DNA of 64,000 nt from Candidatus Saccharimonadales bacterium (GCA_041600755.1 JBFIJL010000002.1:144850-208849); one strand, 5' to 3'; counted from the first letter of the stretch, positions 36,855 to 45,953 are shown. Made by a program: numbers and translations. The notes: generated from the letters alone by a model not told the origin.

Positions 36855-37282
36855 AACTTAGACAGTAATAGTTGAGTATAGGGTCATCCCCATACAGGGG
36901 ACTTTTTAATAAATTCACTATCTCTTTATGCATTATGCATAGTTACTCAACTGCACTCTCTGTTGCTGATTACGCTCAGGACGACTTGGTGTATGAATTG
37001 CATCACTTAGAACTTATCCACAGAAATCCGTGAAAACATTTGCTTTTTCACGCACTTTGTTTTATTTATTTGCATTTCCCCGCTTTTGTATTCATATATG
37101 TTTTTGACTTTTGCCCTGCTTTGTCGTTTTGTATAGTTTTTTTGCCATGCAACGATCGTCAAAGCAATATGAACATTTTACGAACACGAAGGGGAACGGA
37201 GGAGTGTGGGGGTGTTTTATGTTTTACGGGCGCCATCGCTCACATAGATGCGATTGCTTAAATTAACTTGAAAGCTTTTCGC

Positions 37283-38227
37283 TTATTTATAAAATACCTT
37301 ACCGTCTACTCTGACATCAATGTATTCATTTACTGCACTCCCCCGCTCAGATACATATGAAATAGCAGACAGTAAAGATCCTATTTGCCTCCTTGAGTCT
37401 GATGTTGTGTCGAGCTTCGCGAAGTACGGCTTTCCAGAGAACTGTATGCGAAGCTCATTGGGAGTCACTCGTGGCAAATACACACTCTTGACCTCCAAAG
37501 AAGTAAGTGCAAGCTGATCACTTATATCGAGCATGAATTGAGTAGTCTCCTCTGTTACTACGCGATTGCCAACTGATACTTCAGTGGCTGTCTGGTCTTC
37601 AATTAGCGGCAAATCGACTAGATCGTTAAGCTCATTATCGTCTAGTGAAATATCAGCAATGTTTGCTAATACTGTGCCGGTAGAATCAATTAGATAAATC
37701 CCCTTTGTGGTTTGAAGTTTAATTACAGGTGACCGCGGAGTAATTGATACAATCGGTCGATGACTGATGAGTGGAATGCTCACAACCACATCACCAAATT
37801 CAGGGAATTGCTTAAGAATTTCAGCTGAAACTGCGTTTGAGTTCATGAACAATTTAGAGCGATTAACAACCGATTGTTTGAGAATTGCTGAGATGCCGTC
37901 CAGATAGACTGATTCTTCACGTAGCAATACGGCCGACGAAGCTGTGTTCTGGGAGGGCGTAATAACCTTAATGCGTGGCGTTGTCTCCAGCCACAAGACA
38001 TAACCGATACAGCCAACCGAGAGAGCCGTTAGTAATCCAAAAAAAACCCTTTCAAAACGATTTTTTGAATCTTTCGGCTTCTTCTCTCCTCGAGAAGCAG
38101 CTCGCGATGAGTCTCTGTCGCGAGCTGCATGATGCGAGAATGTTTGAGCGCGTAAATTATTAGAATTTCTCGACCTATGTAGCAAGCTCTGCGTTTCGCT
38201 GGATTGTTTTTTTCTAAAAAACTTCAC
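37283..38227 (-). CDS. ftsQ: cell-division protein FtsQ-like (POTRA-containing)
   Basis: A basic N-terminus, one TM segment and an extracytoplasmic POTRA-like region. It sits downstream of murG in the dcw cluster. Confidence 0.65.
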   Translation of the reverse strand: MKFFRKKQSSETQSLLHRSRNSNNLRAQTFSHHAARDRDSSRAASRGEKKPKDSKNRFERVFFGLLTALSVGCIGYVLWLETTPRIKVITPSQNTASSAVLLREESVYLDGISAILKQSVVNRSKLFMNSNAVSAEILKQFPEFGDVVVSIPLISHRPIVSITPRSPVIKLQTTKGIYLIDSTGTVLANIADISLDDNELNDLVDLPLIEDQTATEVSVGNRVVTEETTQFMLDISDQLALTSLEVKSVYLPRVTPNELRIQFSGKPYFAKLDTTSDSRRQIGSLLSAISYVSERGSAVNEYIDVRVDGKVFYK

Positions 38228-38232
38228 TTTAA

Positions 38233-39369
38233 CTAATTAGTGTTAAGCAGTAATTTTGCGATATCAGCAGCTGCATGTGACTTAGTAATATTCTGAAGAT
38301 TTTTTGCAATTTTATTAGCATAAGTCTTATTGTAAAGCACCTTGTGGATTGCATCGAGTAATTGTAGTGGATGATCCATAGCTGCCGACTCATCAACGAT
38401 TATGGTCGCATTAGCTTTGGCCAACTCACGAGCATTAGCCAGTTGATGTCCACCAGCCAAAAATGGACTTGGTATAACAATTGTTGACTTACCAACAATG
38501 CCGAATTCAGCCATACTAGTAGCCCCAGCTCTCGTGACAATGACATCAGATGCCATCACTACCTCTGAGAAGTTATCGAAAAATGGCGCAACAATCAATC
38601 TCTCATCCGAAAATGTTTCATACAAATCTTCATTCCCATGACCTACGTGGTGGATCATGGTCACTGACTCGTCGGCTAGCAATTGCTCAATAGTGACCTT
38701 TATCATTTCATTTATCCGTTGCGAGCCCTGGCTTCCGCCGGTTACCATGACAACCTTTTGGGTCGGCTTAATACCTAGTTTCTTTTTTGCAGCCTTAACT
38801 AAAGCCGGTGCAGAAGGAACATATTTGTTCGATACAGGTACGCCAACACACACAGTTTTAGATTTTGGGTAAGCGTAAAAAGACTCTGGCATGCCGGTTG
38901 CATGCTTCCTTGCCCAGCGAGCTATAATCCTATTAGCCCTACCGGGTACAACATCAGAATCATGCGTAATAAACGGGATTCGTAGCATTGCAGCGGCAAG
39001 ACCAATTGGTACGCCAACAAAACCACCTTTTATGAACACTACGTCGGGTCGAAGTCGCGCTAATTGCACGCTGGCCTCGACAATACCAATTATCACCTTA
39101 AATGCGTCCCGAACATTTAATGCATTTGTCTTTATATCTAAAAGCCGCTGCATGAATGACTCGTCATGATATACACGAAGTTTTCCAGCCGAAACATAAA
39201 TTGATTTAGAAATTAACGGGCTCTCCTCCATGAGGCGACCAAATGAGCTTCCGCGCTCGCCTGCATAACTCAGGCGGACTTCAGGTTGTTGTATTTTTAA
39301 TTCATCCGCGACGGCTAACAGGGGTGTGACGTGTCCCCCGCTTCCCCCGCCCGTGAGCAAAACGTGCAT
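38233..39369 (-). CDS. murG: UDP-N-acetylglucosamine--N-acetylmuramyl-(pentapeptide) pyrophosphoryl-undecaprenol GlcNAc transferase
   Basis: TGGGSGGHVTP G-loop and GGSQGS motifs. The ATG at 39369 has AGGA upstream. Confidence 0.9.
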   Translation of the reverse strand: MHVLLTGGGSGGHVTPLLAVADELKIQQPEVRLSYAGERGSSFGRLMEESPLISKSIYVSAGKLRVYHDESFMQRLLDIKTNALNVRDAFKVIIGIVEASVQLARLRPDVVFIKGGFVGVPIGLAAAMLRIPFITHDSDVVPGRANRIIARWARKHATGMPESFYAYPKSKTVCVGVPVSNKYVPSAPALVKAAKKKLGIKPTQKVVMVTGGSQGSQRINEMIKVTIEQLLADESVTMIHHVGHGNEDLYETFSDERLIVAPFFDNFSEVVMASDVIVTRAGATSMAEFGIVGKSTIVIPSPFLAGGHQLANARELAKANATIIVDESAAMDHPLQLLDAIHKVLYNKTYANKIAKNLQNITKSHAAADIAKLLLNTN

Positions 39370-40546
39370 TGGAGTTCCTTTCTGGTAATACTTCATCATG
39401 AACAGTGAACGTCGTATATTTGGAAATGTGAAAAACTAGGCCTAGAGCCGCACTCACAAATAGGATACTAGTACCACCATAACTAATAAATGGTAGTGTT
39501 ATGCCCTTCAATGGCAATAGGCCAGCTATGGCGCCGATATTAACAAGCGATTGGAAGCCTAGCCATGCCAGCACACCGATCACCAATAAGCGTGATTGCA
39601 TATCTGGTGCTCTTTCTGCAATATTTTTTAATCGGCCAAAAAGTGCTACAAATAAAGCTAGTAGTACTGCGATCCCTACGAAGCCAAACATTTCGCTATA
39701 AACAGCAAATATAGAGTCGTTGGCTGATTCTGGCACGTATCCATAGCCCGCCACTCCTCCATCAAAACCCTTCCCGATCAAGCCTCCTGAACCAACTGCA
39801 ATCAAAGCTTGGCAGGCCTGATAGCCAGCGTCCTGGCAATCTTGCTCAGGATTTAAAAAAGTCGAGACACGCTCGCGTCGATATTGACTAGTCGAAACAA
39901 ACAAGACCGTACCAATTCCGATAACACCAATAACCAATGCAATCCTGCCCATTGGAAGCCCAGCAACAAACGCCATTGCACCAATTACAGCCACCAATAC
40001 TCCAGCCGAACCAAGATCACTCTGGAGTCCAGCCACTACAACGCCAATAATACCGATAACTACCATTAATGGCTTAAAAGTCATATCCATACTGCCCATT
40101 TCTTTATCGCGTGACCTGCGTGCAAAAAAATATGACAAACCGATAAGAATTGCAAACTTAATAAGCTCCACAGACTGTAGGGACAAGCCCCCTGCCCTTA
40201 TCCAGCGCCGAGCTGGATACTCTGGTGTCACTGGCAGAATTAGCGCGATGATGGTCGCAGCAATGGCCATGTAGAGCAGCGGCTTAATAAGCTTTGCCCA
40301 CATACTTCTAGGTATTCGAGATGCTACAAAAAAGGCTACAATGCCAAGCACGATTGCAATCAATTGCTTCTGTACGAAATAACTCGATTCGACATTGCGC
40401 TGAGCGCTGAGCCCGGGACTGATGGCATAGACAACTATCAAGCCGATCACCATGAGACTCATCGCCAGTACCACTAATACATAGTCTGGTTTGTGCCTCC
40501 TGCCTTCACTCGTCTCTACTGCACGTTGCCTTGTGGCCCGTCTCAC
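39302..40546 (-). CDS. ftsW: SEDS-family peptidoglycan glycosyltransferase FtsW
   Basis: A ten-TM SEDS pattern with motifs such as GLPLKGITLPFISYGGTS. The GTG at 40546 forms a GTGA overlap with the mraY stop, while the ORF-track ATG at 40639 would overlap mraY by 97 nt. Confidence 0.85.
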   Translation of the reverse strand: MRRATRQRAVETSEGRRHKPDYVLVVLAMSLMVIGLIVVYAISPGLSAQRNVESSYFVQKQLIAIVLGIVAFFVASRIPRSMWAKLIKPLLYMAIAATIIALILPVTPEYPARRWIRAGGLSLQSVELIKFAILIGLSYFFARRSRDKEMGSMDMTFKPLMVVIGIIGVVVAGLQSDLGSAGVLVAVIGAMAFVAGLPMGRIALVIGVIGIGTVLFVSTSQYRRERVSTFLNPEQDCQDAGYQACQALIAVGSGGLIGKGFDGGVAGYGYVPESANDSIFAVYSEMFGFVGIAVLLALFVALFGRLKNIAERAPDMQSRLLVIGVLAWLGFQSLVNIGAIAGLLPLKGITLPFISYGGTSILFVSAALGLVFHISKYTTFTVHDEVLPERNSNARFAHGRGKRGTRHTPVSRRG

Positions 40547-41586
40547 GAAAGCGTCCCAAGAAGATATACGAGTAGTCCTCCAACTGCAGCAACCTGCCCC
40601 AAAATCCAAAAGCGCATTGTAATCTTTGTCTCTGGCCAACCACTAGCCTCAAAATGATGGTGAATTGGTGATGACTTAAAGACCTTTTTGCCATTACGTA
40701 ATAACTTTGAAGTGCGATTAATGATGACTGATCCAGTTTCAGCGACATAGACGATTCCTATAATCGGCAAGATGAATATTGTATCAGTTTGAACGGCAAT
40801 AATACCAAGTGCCGTACCGAGGGCAAACGAGCCGACGTCCCCCATGAAAAAACGTGCTGGGAAAATATTAAACCAAGTGTAGCTAAGCAATGCGCCGACA
40901 ATTGTTAAACAAAAGCCAGCTAGTGCAAACTGACTCTGGACAATTGCGATTACGGCGTACGCAGAGAACGAGGAAACCAGTAGACCACCAGCAAGCCCAT
41001 CGAGACCATCAGTGATATTGACCGCGTTTGCAGTAGCCACTACCACCAACCAAAAGATTGCTATCATCAAAATTCCTACCTGCAGTTCACCAAGCCACGG
41101 CACATGAAGCGAAGTAACATCCAGCTTGAAGAACAACCACCAACCTCCTGCAAGGGCTACCAAGCTGTGTAAGGCAAACTTAATCTTTGACTGCATGCCT
41201 GCAACTCCACCCTTTTGGCCTCGAATGTTCATCCAGTCATCTATTAATCCAATAAGCCCAGACAAAATCATCCCAGCGAGCGGCAGCCAGGTTTGACTTC
41301 TTTCAAGATTTCCAAGCAAGGTCGTAATAAGCACCGAACTGACAAAGATAACCCCAGCCATAGTTGGAATATTCCGCGCATGCTTTTGGGCGTGAATTTT
41401 TTTATAAACAGTCGCCTTACCACCAGACCAAGAATCGGCCCGCATCTGCTTCCACCACTTATATTTGTAGGCCACCGTTGTATAGATTGGCGTAATCAAC
41501 ATACTCAGTGAGAAACTCATGAATGCAAGAGCCAAAATTCTAATAGTGTCGCTCGTGCCGATAGTAAGTGTAAGTGTGTCTGTCAT
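40543..41586 (-). CDS. mraY: phospho-N-acetylmuramoyl-pentapeptide transferase
   Basis: NAVNITDGLDGLA, FMGDVGS and PIHHHFE motifs. Confidence 0.95.
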   Translation of the reverse strand: MTDTLTLTIGTSDTIRILALAFMSFSLSMLITPIYTTVAYKYKWWKQMRADSWSGGKATVYKKIHAQKHARNIPTMAGVIFVSSVLITTLLGNLERSQTWLPLAGMILSGLIGLIDDWMNIRGQKGGVAGMQSKIKFALHSLVALAGGWWLFFKLDVTSLHVPWLGELQVGILMIAIFWLVVVATANAVNITDGLDGLAGGLLVSSFSAYAVIAIVQSQFALAGFCLTIVGALLSYTWFNIFPARFFMGDVGSFALGTALGIIAVQTDTIFILPIIGIVYVAETGSVIINRTSKLLRNGKKVFKSSPIHHHFEASGWPETKITMRFWILGQVAAVGGLLVYLLGTLS

Positions 41587-41612
41587 GTTTATGTTCCCTA
41601 TTATACTTTATT

Positions 41613-43379
41613 TTACTGTGACTTTGGGCTGACACCAAAATTATCAATCAGAACATCAGCAAGCTTAACAAATATTGGTCCGGCAGCCTTTGAACCAGCA
41701 TAGCCGACCACTTTAGGTATGTCCACGCGAACTATCACCACATACTCTGGGTTGTCGCCTCCAACATAACCCGCAAACATACCATTATCTCTATCCTCAT
41801 AATATCCACCTTCAGGATTCGCGACCTGAGCAGTTCCAGTTTTGCTGCCAATGCTGTAAGATTCGCGAAGTTCCGGCATGCCGTATACGCGGTGATTACT
41901 ACTAAATACATACTCCATCAGTTCAGCAATCTTACTGCCGACTTCAGGCTTTACAGTCTGAGAATTGATAATCTCTGGCTCAACTGCAGTCTTGTTGCCG
42001 TCTTGGTCTTCATAATAATCTACTAGCTGCGGCCGATAGTACGTTCCGCCGTTAAACACCGACGTATAAACAGCAGCCATCTGTAGCGGAGTTGCAGTCA
42101 TACCCTGTCCAAAAGCTGCGTTTGCATAACGAATATTAAGCCCGTAACCCTCGTCTGGGTCTGGAATAACGCCTGGAGCCTCATAGCCCTGCTCCACTCC
42201 TGTCAACTTGCCAAACTGATAATGGTCAGTCATGTAGTTATGCCAAGCGTTACGCGCCTGAGAATTTATCTCTCCGCCACCCATTTGCATCAGCAACCAG
42301 GTTGCTCCAGTATTTAGCGACAGCTGCAAAATGTCTCCTAACGATTTAACGCCCGCGTTGCCTGAGCCAGGAACATTAGTAATAGGTGAGCCATCAATTA
42401 CATAACGATACGGGTCGTTATAGCTAGTGTTGGGGCTGACCACCCCCTGATCAAGTGCAGCCGCCATCGTAAGAGGTTTCATAATAGATCCAACCTCTAG
42501 TGGTGAGCTGACCGTGTTGTTCTGGAACACATCAAAACCATCATCAGGCACTTCATTTATCTTTGCTGGGTCATAGGTTGGATAGTTCGCCATTGCCTTA
42601 ATTTTTCCAGTGGCAACCTCCATGATCACAACACCTCCCGATGGGGCATTAGAATCAATAACTCCTTGCTTCAAGATATCCTCCACCTGCTGCTGTAATG
42701 ATAAGTCTATAGTCAAGACTGTCTTTGCGCCTGCGACTGGCTCAATTAACGTATTGTCCTTGTTGGCCGCAAGCGGCACTCCACGAGCGTCAGTAATCGC
42801 CTTAACCAGACCAGGCTTACCCTGCAATTTGTCATTAAGAGCCTCTTCGACACCATAGCGTCCATCTCCTTCATCACTCACGAATCCCAGAAGCTGTGAG
42901 GCTAATGAGCCTTGAGGATAGGTTCTATAGACCGCTTCACGAGTCCCCACGCCTTTCAGTTTTAAGTCACGAATTTTATTGCTAACTTCTTCACTTTGCT
43001 TTTTTGCAAGTATTGAATAGCGCGTATCCAAAGCGAGAGACTCCTTGTAATCATCTGCCGACCCTCCCAATATGGAGGCAATTTTCTGAGCAGAATCATT
43101 GACATCGTTAATATATTTTGGATCTGCAAAAACCGTATACTTAACTTCATTTAGCACAATAGGAACTGCTTGCCCTGCGTTTTGCGCGGCTATAATTCCC
43201 CGCTCTGGCTCAATCTCGTATTCTTTCAGCTGTGCAGTATTTGCTGCATTTGAGTAATAATCATGTTTGATAATCTGCAAATAAAAAAGCCTCACAACAA
43301 AGAGGCTAAATACCAATACTAATAATCCATATCCAATCCGGATACGCTGCAAAGCAGTTAGTCGTGGAATGGTGTGCAT
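41613..43379 (-). CDS. ftsI: class B penicillin-binding protein (FtsI/PBP2-like transpeptidase)
   Basis: An N-terminal TM anchor, a PBP dimerisation region, and transpeptidase motifs (SIMKP = SxxK, a later SxN-type region, KTGT). Confidence 0.9.
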   Translation of the reverse strand: MHTIPRLTALQRIRIGYGLLVLVFSLFVVRLFYLQIIKHDYYSNAANTAQLKEYEIEPERGIIAAQNAGQAVPIVLNEVKYTVFADPKYINDVNDSAQKIASILGGSADDYKESLALDTRYSILAKKQSEEVSNKIRDLKLKGVGTREAVYRTYPQGSLASQLLGFVSDEGDGRYGVEEALNDKLQGKPGLVKAITDARGVPLAANKDNTLIEPVAGAKTVLTIDLSLQQQVEDILKQGVIDSNAPSGGVVIMEVATGKIKAMANYPTYDPAKINEVPDDGFDVFQNNTVSSPLEVGSIMKPLTMAAALDQGVVSPNTSYNDPYRYVIDGSPITNVPGSGNAGVKSLGDILQLSLNTGATWLLMQMGGGEINSQARNAWHNYMTDHYQFGKLTGVEQGYEAPGVIPDPDEGYGLNIRYANAAFGQGMTATPLQMAAVYTSVFNGGTYYRPQLVDYYEDQDGNKTAVEPEIINSQTVKPEVGSKIAELMEYVFSSNHRVYGMPELRESYSIGSKTGTAQVANPEGGYYEDRDNGMFAGYVGGDNPEYVVIVRVDIPKVVGYAGSKAAGPIFVKLADVLIDNFGVSPKSQ

Positions 43380-43398
43380 GAAGATGGCAATATCTTTC

Positions 43399-43746
43399 TT
43401 AGTTTTGCAAGGTAGCTGCTGGAGCTACGCTCACAAGGTTGCTGGCAACAGGACTACTCTTGAGCCGTTCTATGGACTGGAGTCTTGCTGATGCGACTTC
43501 TAGTTCATCATGCTCTTTTTGTAATGTAGACTGTTGCGACTGCAATTCGTTAATCTTATAACCATAGGCATTGGTTTTAGTAACCTGCGTAAGATATAAG
43601 ACACCCAAGATGCACGCAAGCACAATAAGCAAAATAGAATTACTGATTGGGCCAATTGACACATTTTTTTCACGCTGACTTGTAATGTTTTGATTGCGGC
43701 TGCCGTAACGCTGCCGTCCCATCGCAATTGAACTTGAGTATGTCAT
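43399..43746 (-). CDS. ftsL: FtsL-like small bitopic division protein
   Basis: 115 aa with a single TM segment followed by a coiled-coil-like segment. It lies between rsmH and ftsI. Confidence 0.55.
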   Translation of the reverse strand: MTYSSSIAMGRQRYGSRNQNITSQREKNVSIGPISNSILLIVLACILGVLYLTQVTKTNAYGYKINELQSQQSTLQKEHDELEVASARLQSIERLKSSPVASNLVSVAPAATLQN

Positions 43747-43769
43747 AGATTTTTGTTTTTTGTTTAGTG

Positions 43770-43801
43770 CTTTCCTGTCTCCAATAAAAGAGACAGGAAA
43801 G
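43770..43801 (+). other. 12-bp perfect hairpin between rsmH and ftsL; the T-tract is only on the antisense (+) side
   Basis: CTTTCCTGTCTC-caataaaa-GAGACAGGAAAG followed by CTTTTATTTTTG on the + strand. Confidence 0.5.
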
Positions 43802-43886
43802 CTTTTATTTTTGTTGCTTAGTGCAGTACGCGAACGCGTACTTTATAAGCGCGGGATGAGCTTTTAACCTGTATTGGCATGAGCTT

Positions 43887-44780
43887 CTACCCTTTCCTTT
43901 TTATTTTAACTGCGGCCCGAAGTTTGGCACTTCGTGCTCGTGGATTGAAAACTAATTCATTGTCGCTAGCCGTCATTGGCTTTTTGGTAAGTGCACGCAG
44001 CTCTGCATCAAAACGATCACCAGCATGAGCAGACAGATACTGTTTGACCTGTCGATCTTCTAAGCTGTGGAACGAAATGATGGCGATTCTTCCTCCTGGT
44101 TTCAGCAATGAAACCCAAAGTGGAATCGAACGCTTCAGCATTCCTAGCTCGTCGTTCACTTCAATGCGTATCGCTTGAAATGTACGCGTTGCAGGGTGTA
44201 CTTTGCTCTTACCACTCCTGTGTGGAGCGACTATATTTGCAAGTTGACTCGTAGACATAACTGGTCTGCTGTCAATGATGGCCTCAGCTATACGTGCAGC
44301 TTTTGGCTCTTCACCGTACTCACGAAGTATACTCATGAGCTGTTCTTTGCTATATGTATTGACCACCTTTTCGGCCGTAAGTCTTTGTCGGCTGTCCATA
44401 CGCATATCAAGCGGACCATCAGCAGCAATGCTGAATCCACGACTTGCGACGTTAAGGTGCGGTGATGATACTCCTAAATCTGCCAACACAAGATCGTACG
44501 TTCTACCCTGACCAATTAGCTGCTTCGCTGCAGCCTCGAAATCAAGATGTACCCGCTCTACGTCATCGCCAAACCGCTCAGCAAGTGCTTCTTGAGCAAA
44601 TGCATCTCGGTCGACAAGCGTTGCTTTACTAGGTGCATTGGTTCGTTTCAAAATCTCGTCAGCGTGCCCACCATATCCGGCCGTAAGGTCAAGATATGAT
44701 TCGCCTGCTTGCGGATCCAGAACGGACAGTACTTCTTGTAAAAGAACTGGTAGATGATGTGTGTTTTTGTTTTTGAGCAT
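43887..44780 (-). CDS. rsmH: 16S rRNA (cytosine1402-N4)-methyltransferase
   Basis: HLPVLLQEV, DLTAGYGGH, DLGVSS and ISFHSLEDR motifs. Confidence 0.95.
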   Translation of the reverse strand: MLKNKNTHHLPVLLQEVLSVLDPQAGESYLDLTAGYGGHADEILKRTNAPSKATLVDRDAFAQEALAERFGDDVERVHLDFEAAAKQLIGQGRTYDLVLADLGVSSPHLNVASRGFSIAADGPLDMRMDSRQRLTAEKVVNTYSKEQLMSILREYGEEPKAARIAEAIIDSRPVMSTSQLANIVAPHRSGKSKVHPATRTFQAIRIEVNDELGMLKRSIPLWVSLLKPGGRIAIISFHSLEDRQVKQYLSAHAGDRFDAELRALTKKPMTASDNELVFNPRARSAKLRAAVKIKRKG

Positions 44781-45350
44781 CTTCTTTTTGTTTTGGTGTT
44801 TGTTTTATTGCCCACTACTTACTTTTAACGCTTGTTTTGGCTACTAAAGTGTTTGTGAACATTTCAAGGGCACCTAATCAGCAGTCAACTGTTTGTTTTT
44901 TGAATGTTTTTGTTTTTGTTTGAAGCTACTAAAAGTAGTTTCGGTATAGAAGAGCCGTATGAGCGGAAGGTATTTTGTGATTTTAAAAATCATCGAACTT
45001 CCTACTTCTCTTCTAAAAAGTTTTGAGAGACTTATGTGTGAGGTGGAGTTTTGGGAGGTGTTTTTGGTTAAATGTACTTAGGTTTTTTATGTGGTTACCT
45101 ACGTCCCACATGTTGACTGCCGAATAGCTATCCTCGAATTCTGCTTTTGTGTCACATTTGCCTGCTCTCTGGTGATACCAGAAACCTGCAAATGCTCTTG
45201 ACGGACTGCTGCGACAGCTGCAACGAATGCTCGTTCACCGTACCAGAGTACGCTTCACTGTGCTTCGTTTTGCTTTCTTGCATTCCATTCAAGCACAAAA
45301 CCATAATTTTGGTTATTTATTCGGTTTTTGCTTGGATTGTTAACGTACTA

Positions 45351-45716
45351 CTAAGCGGCATCTGCCATGATTCGCCAGTATTTGCCGACCCGTACTGCAA
45401 CAACGTCTTTATCGATGTTTGCGTAATCCAGTAAGTGCTGTTCAATACTCACTCGACCCTGCTTAACATCTAACGTTGCCTCGGTCTTACCCATCCGAAA
45501 TTGAACGTTAAGATCAGCTACTCGCTCGTCGAGGATATCCCCGCCTAGCTTTGGCTCAACCAGTTCATTCCAGACCGATTTTGGGTACATATGCAAATAG
45601 TTTTGGAATCCTCGAGTAATCACTACACCGCTTTCAAACTCTTCACGAAGTTCCGTCGGTATGGTTAACCGCCGCTTATCATCGAGTTTGCGCTGAAAGT
45701 AATCACTACTGGCCAT
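45351..45716 (-). CDS. mraZ: transcriptional regulator MraZ
   Basis: Two SpoVT/AbrB-like halves carry DxxxR motifs (DDKRRLTIP, DVKQGRVSI). It is the first gene of the dcw cluster. Confidence 0.9.
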   Translation of the reverse strand: MASSDYFQRKLDDKRRLTIPTELREEFESGVVITRGFQNYLHMYPKSVWNELVEPKLGGDILDERVADLNVQFRMGKTEATLDVKQGRVSIEQHLLDYANIDKDVVAVRVGKYWRIMADAA

Positions 45717-45789
45717 TGCTACTGCTTCGTATTAATTTACTAGTGGTTTTTTATTTTTATTGTGTTCGAGGTAACTTGTGTTTTGAGCT

Positions 45790-45842
45790 ACCCACGATTA
45801 CCCACTGACAACAGCATACTACCCACCCTGACCCACATGCAA
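45790..45842 (-). promoter_or_regulatory. mraZ promoter (TTGCAT-18-TATGCT) interdigitated with four GTGGGT direct repeats (candidate MraZ operator)
   Basis: ACCCAC occurs on the + strand at 45790, 45800, 45821 and 45831, with spacing of 10, 21 and 10 nt. The -35 is at 45837-45842 and the -10 at 45813-45818 (minus). Confidence 0.55.
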
Positions 45843-45894
45843 GTCTTTTTTTATATTCCACCACTAGAATTTAGCGACTTATCCACAGTTGTGT

Positions 45895-45930
45895 AATAAA
45901 AAAATAACCACCGCTAGATGTGGTGGTTAT
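45895..45930 (-). terminator. intrinsic terminator of the upstream hypothetical gene
   Basis: The minus strand reads ATAACCACC-acatctagc-GGTGGTTAT-TTTTTTTT. Confidence 0.75.
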
Positions 45931-45953
45931 TTAAGAACGGGATTACGCGCGAT

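Noticed and set aside
37013-37021. Perfect DnaA boxes TTATCCACA at 37013-37021 and 45879-45887 as evidence for oriC.
   Set aside because: They are single isolated boxes with no cluster of additional boxes. No dnaA or dnaN lies nearby. The 37-kb locus has convergent (terminus-like) rather than divergent gene orientation, and the 45.9-kb box sits between a terminator and the mraZ promoter.
37040-37261. The 73-aa + strand ORF in the terminus gap.
   Set aside because: It is a Phe/Cys-rich translation of a T-rich tract with a non-ATG start and no ribosome-binding site.
45147-45434. The 95-aa + strand ORF in the mraZ-rsmH spacer.
   Set aside because: It is Cys-rich and antisense to the 3' end of mraZ, with no start context.
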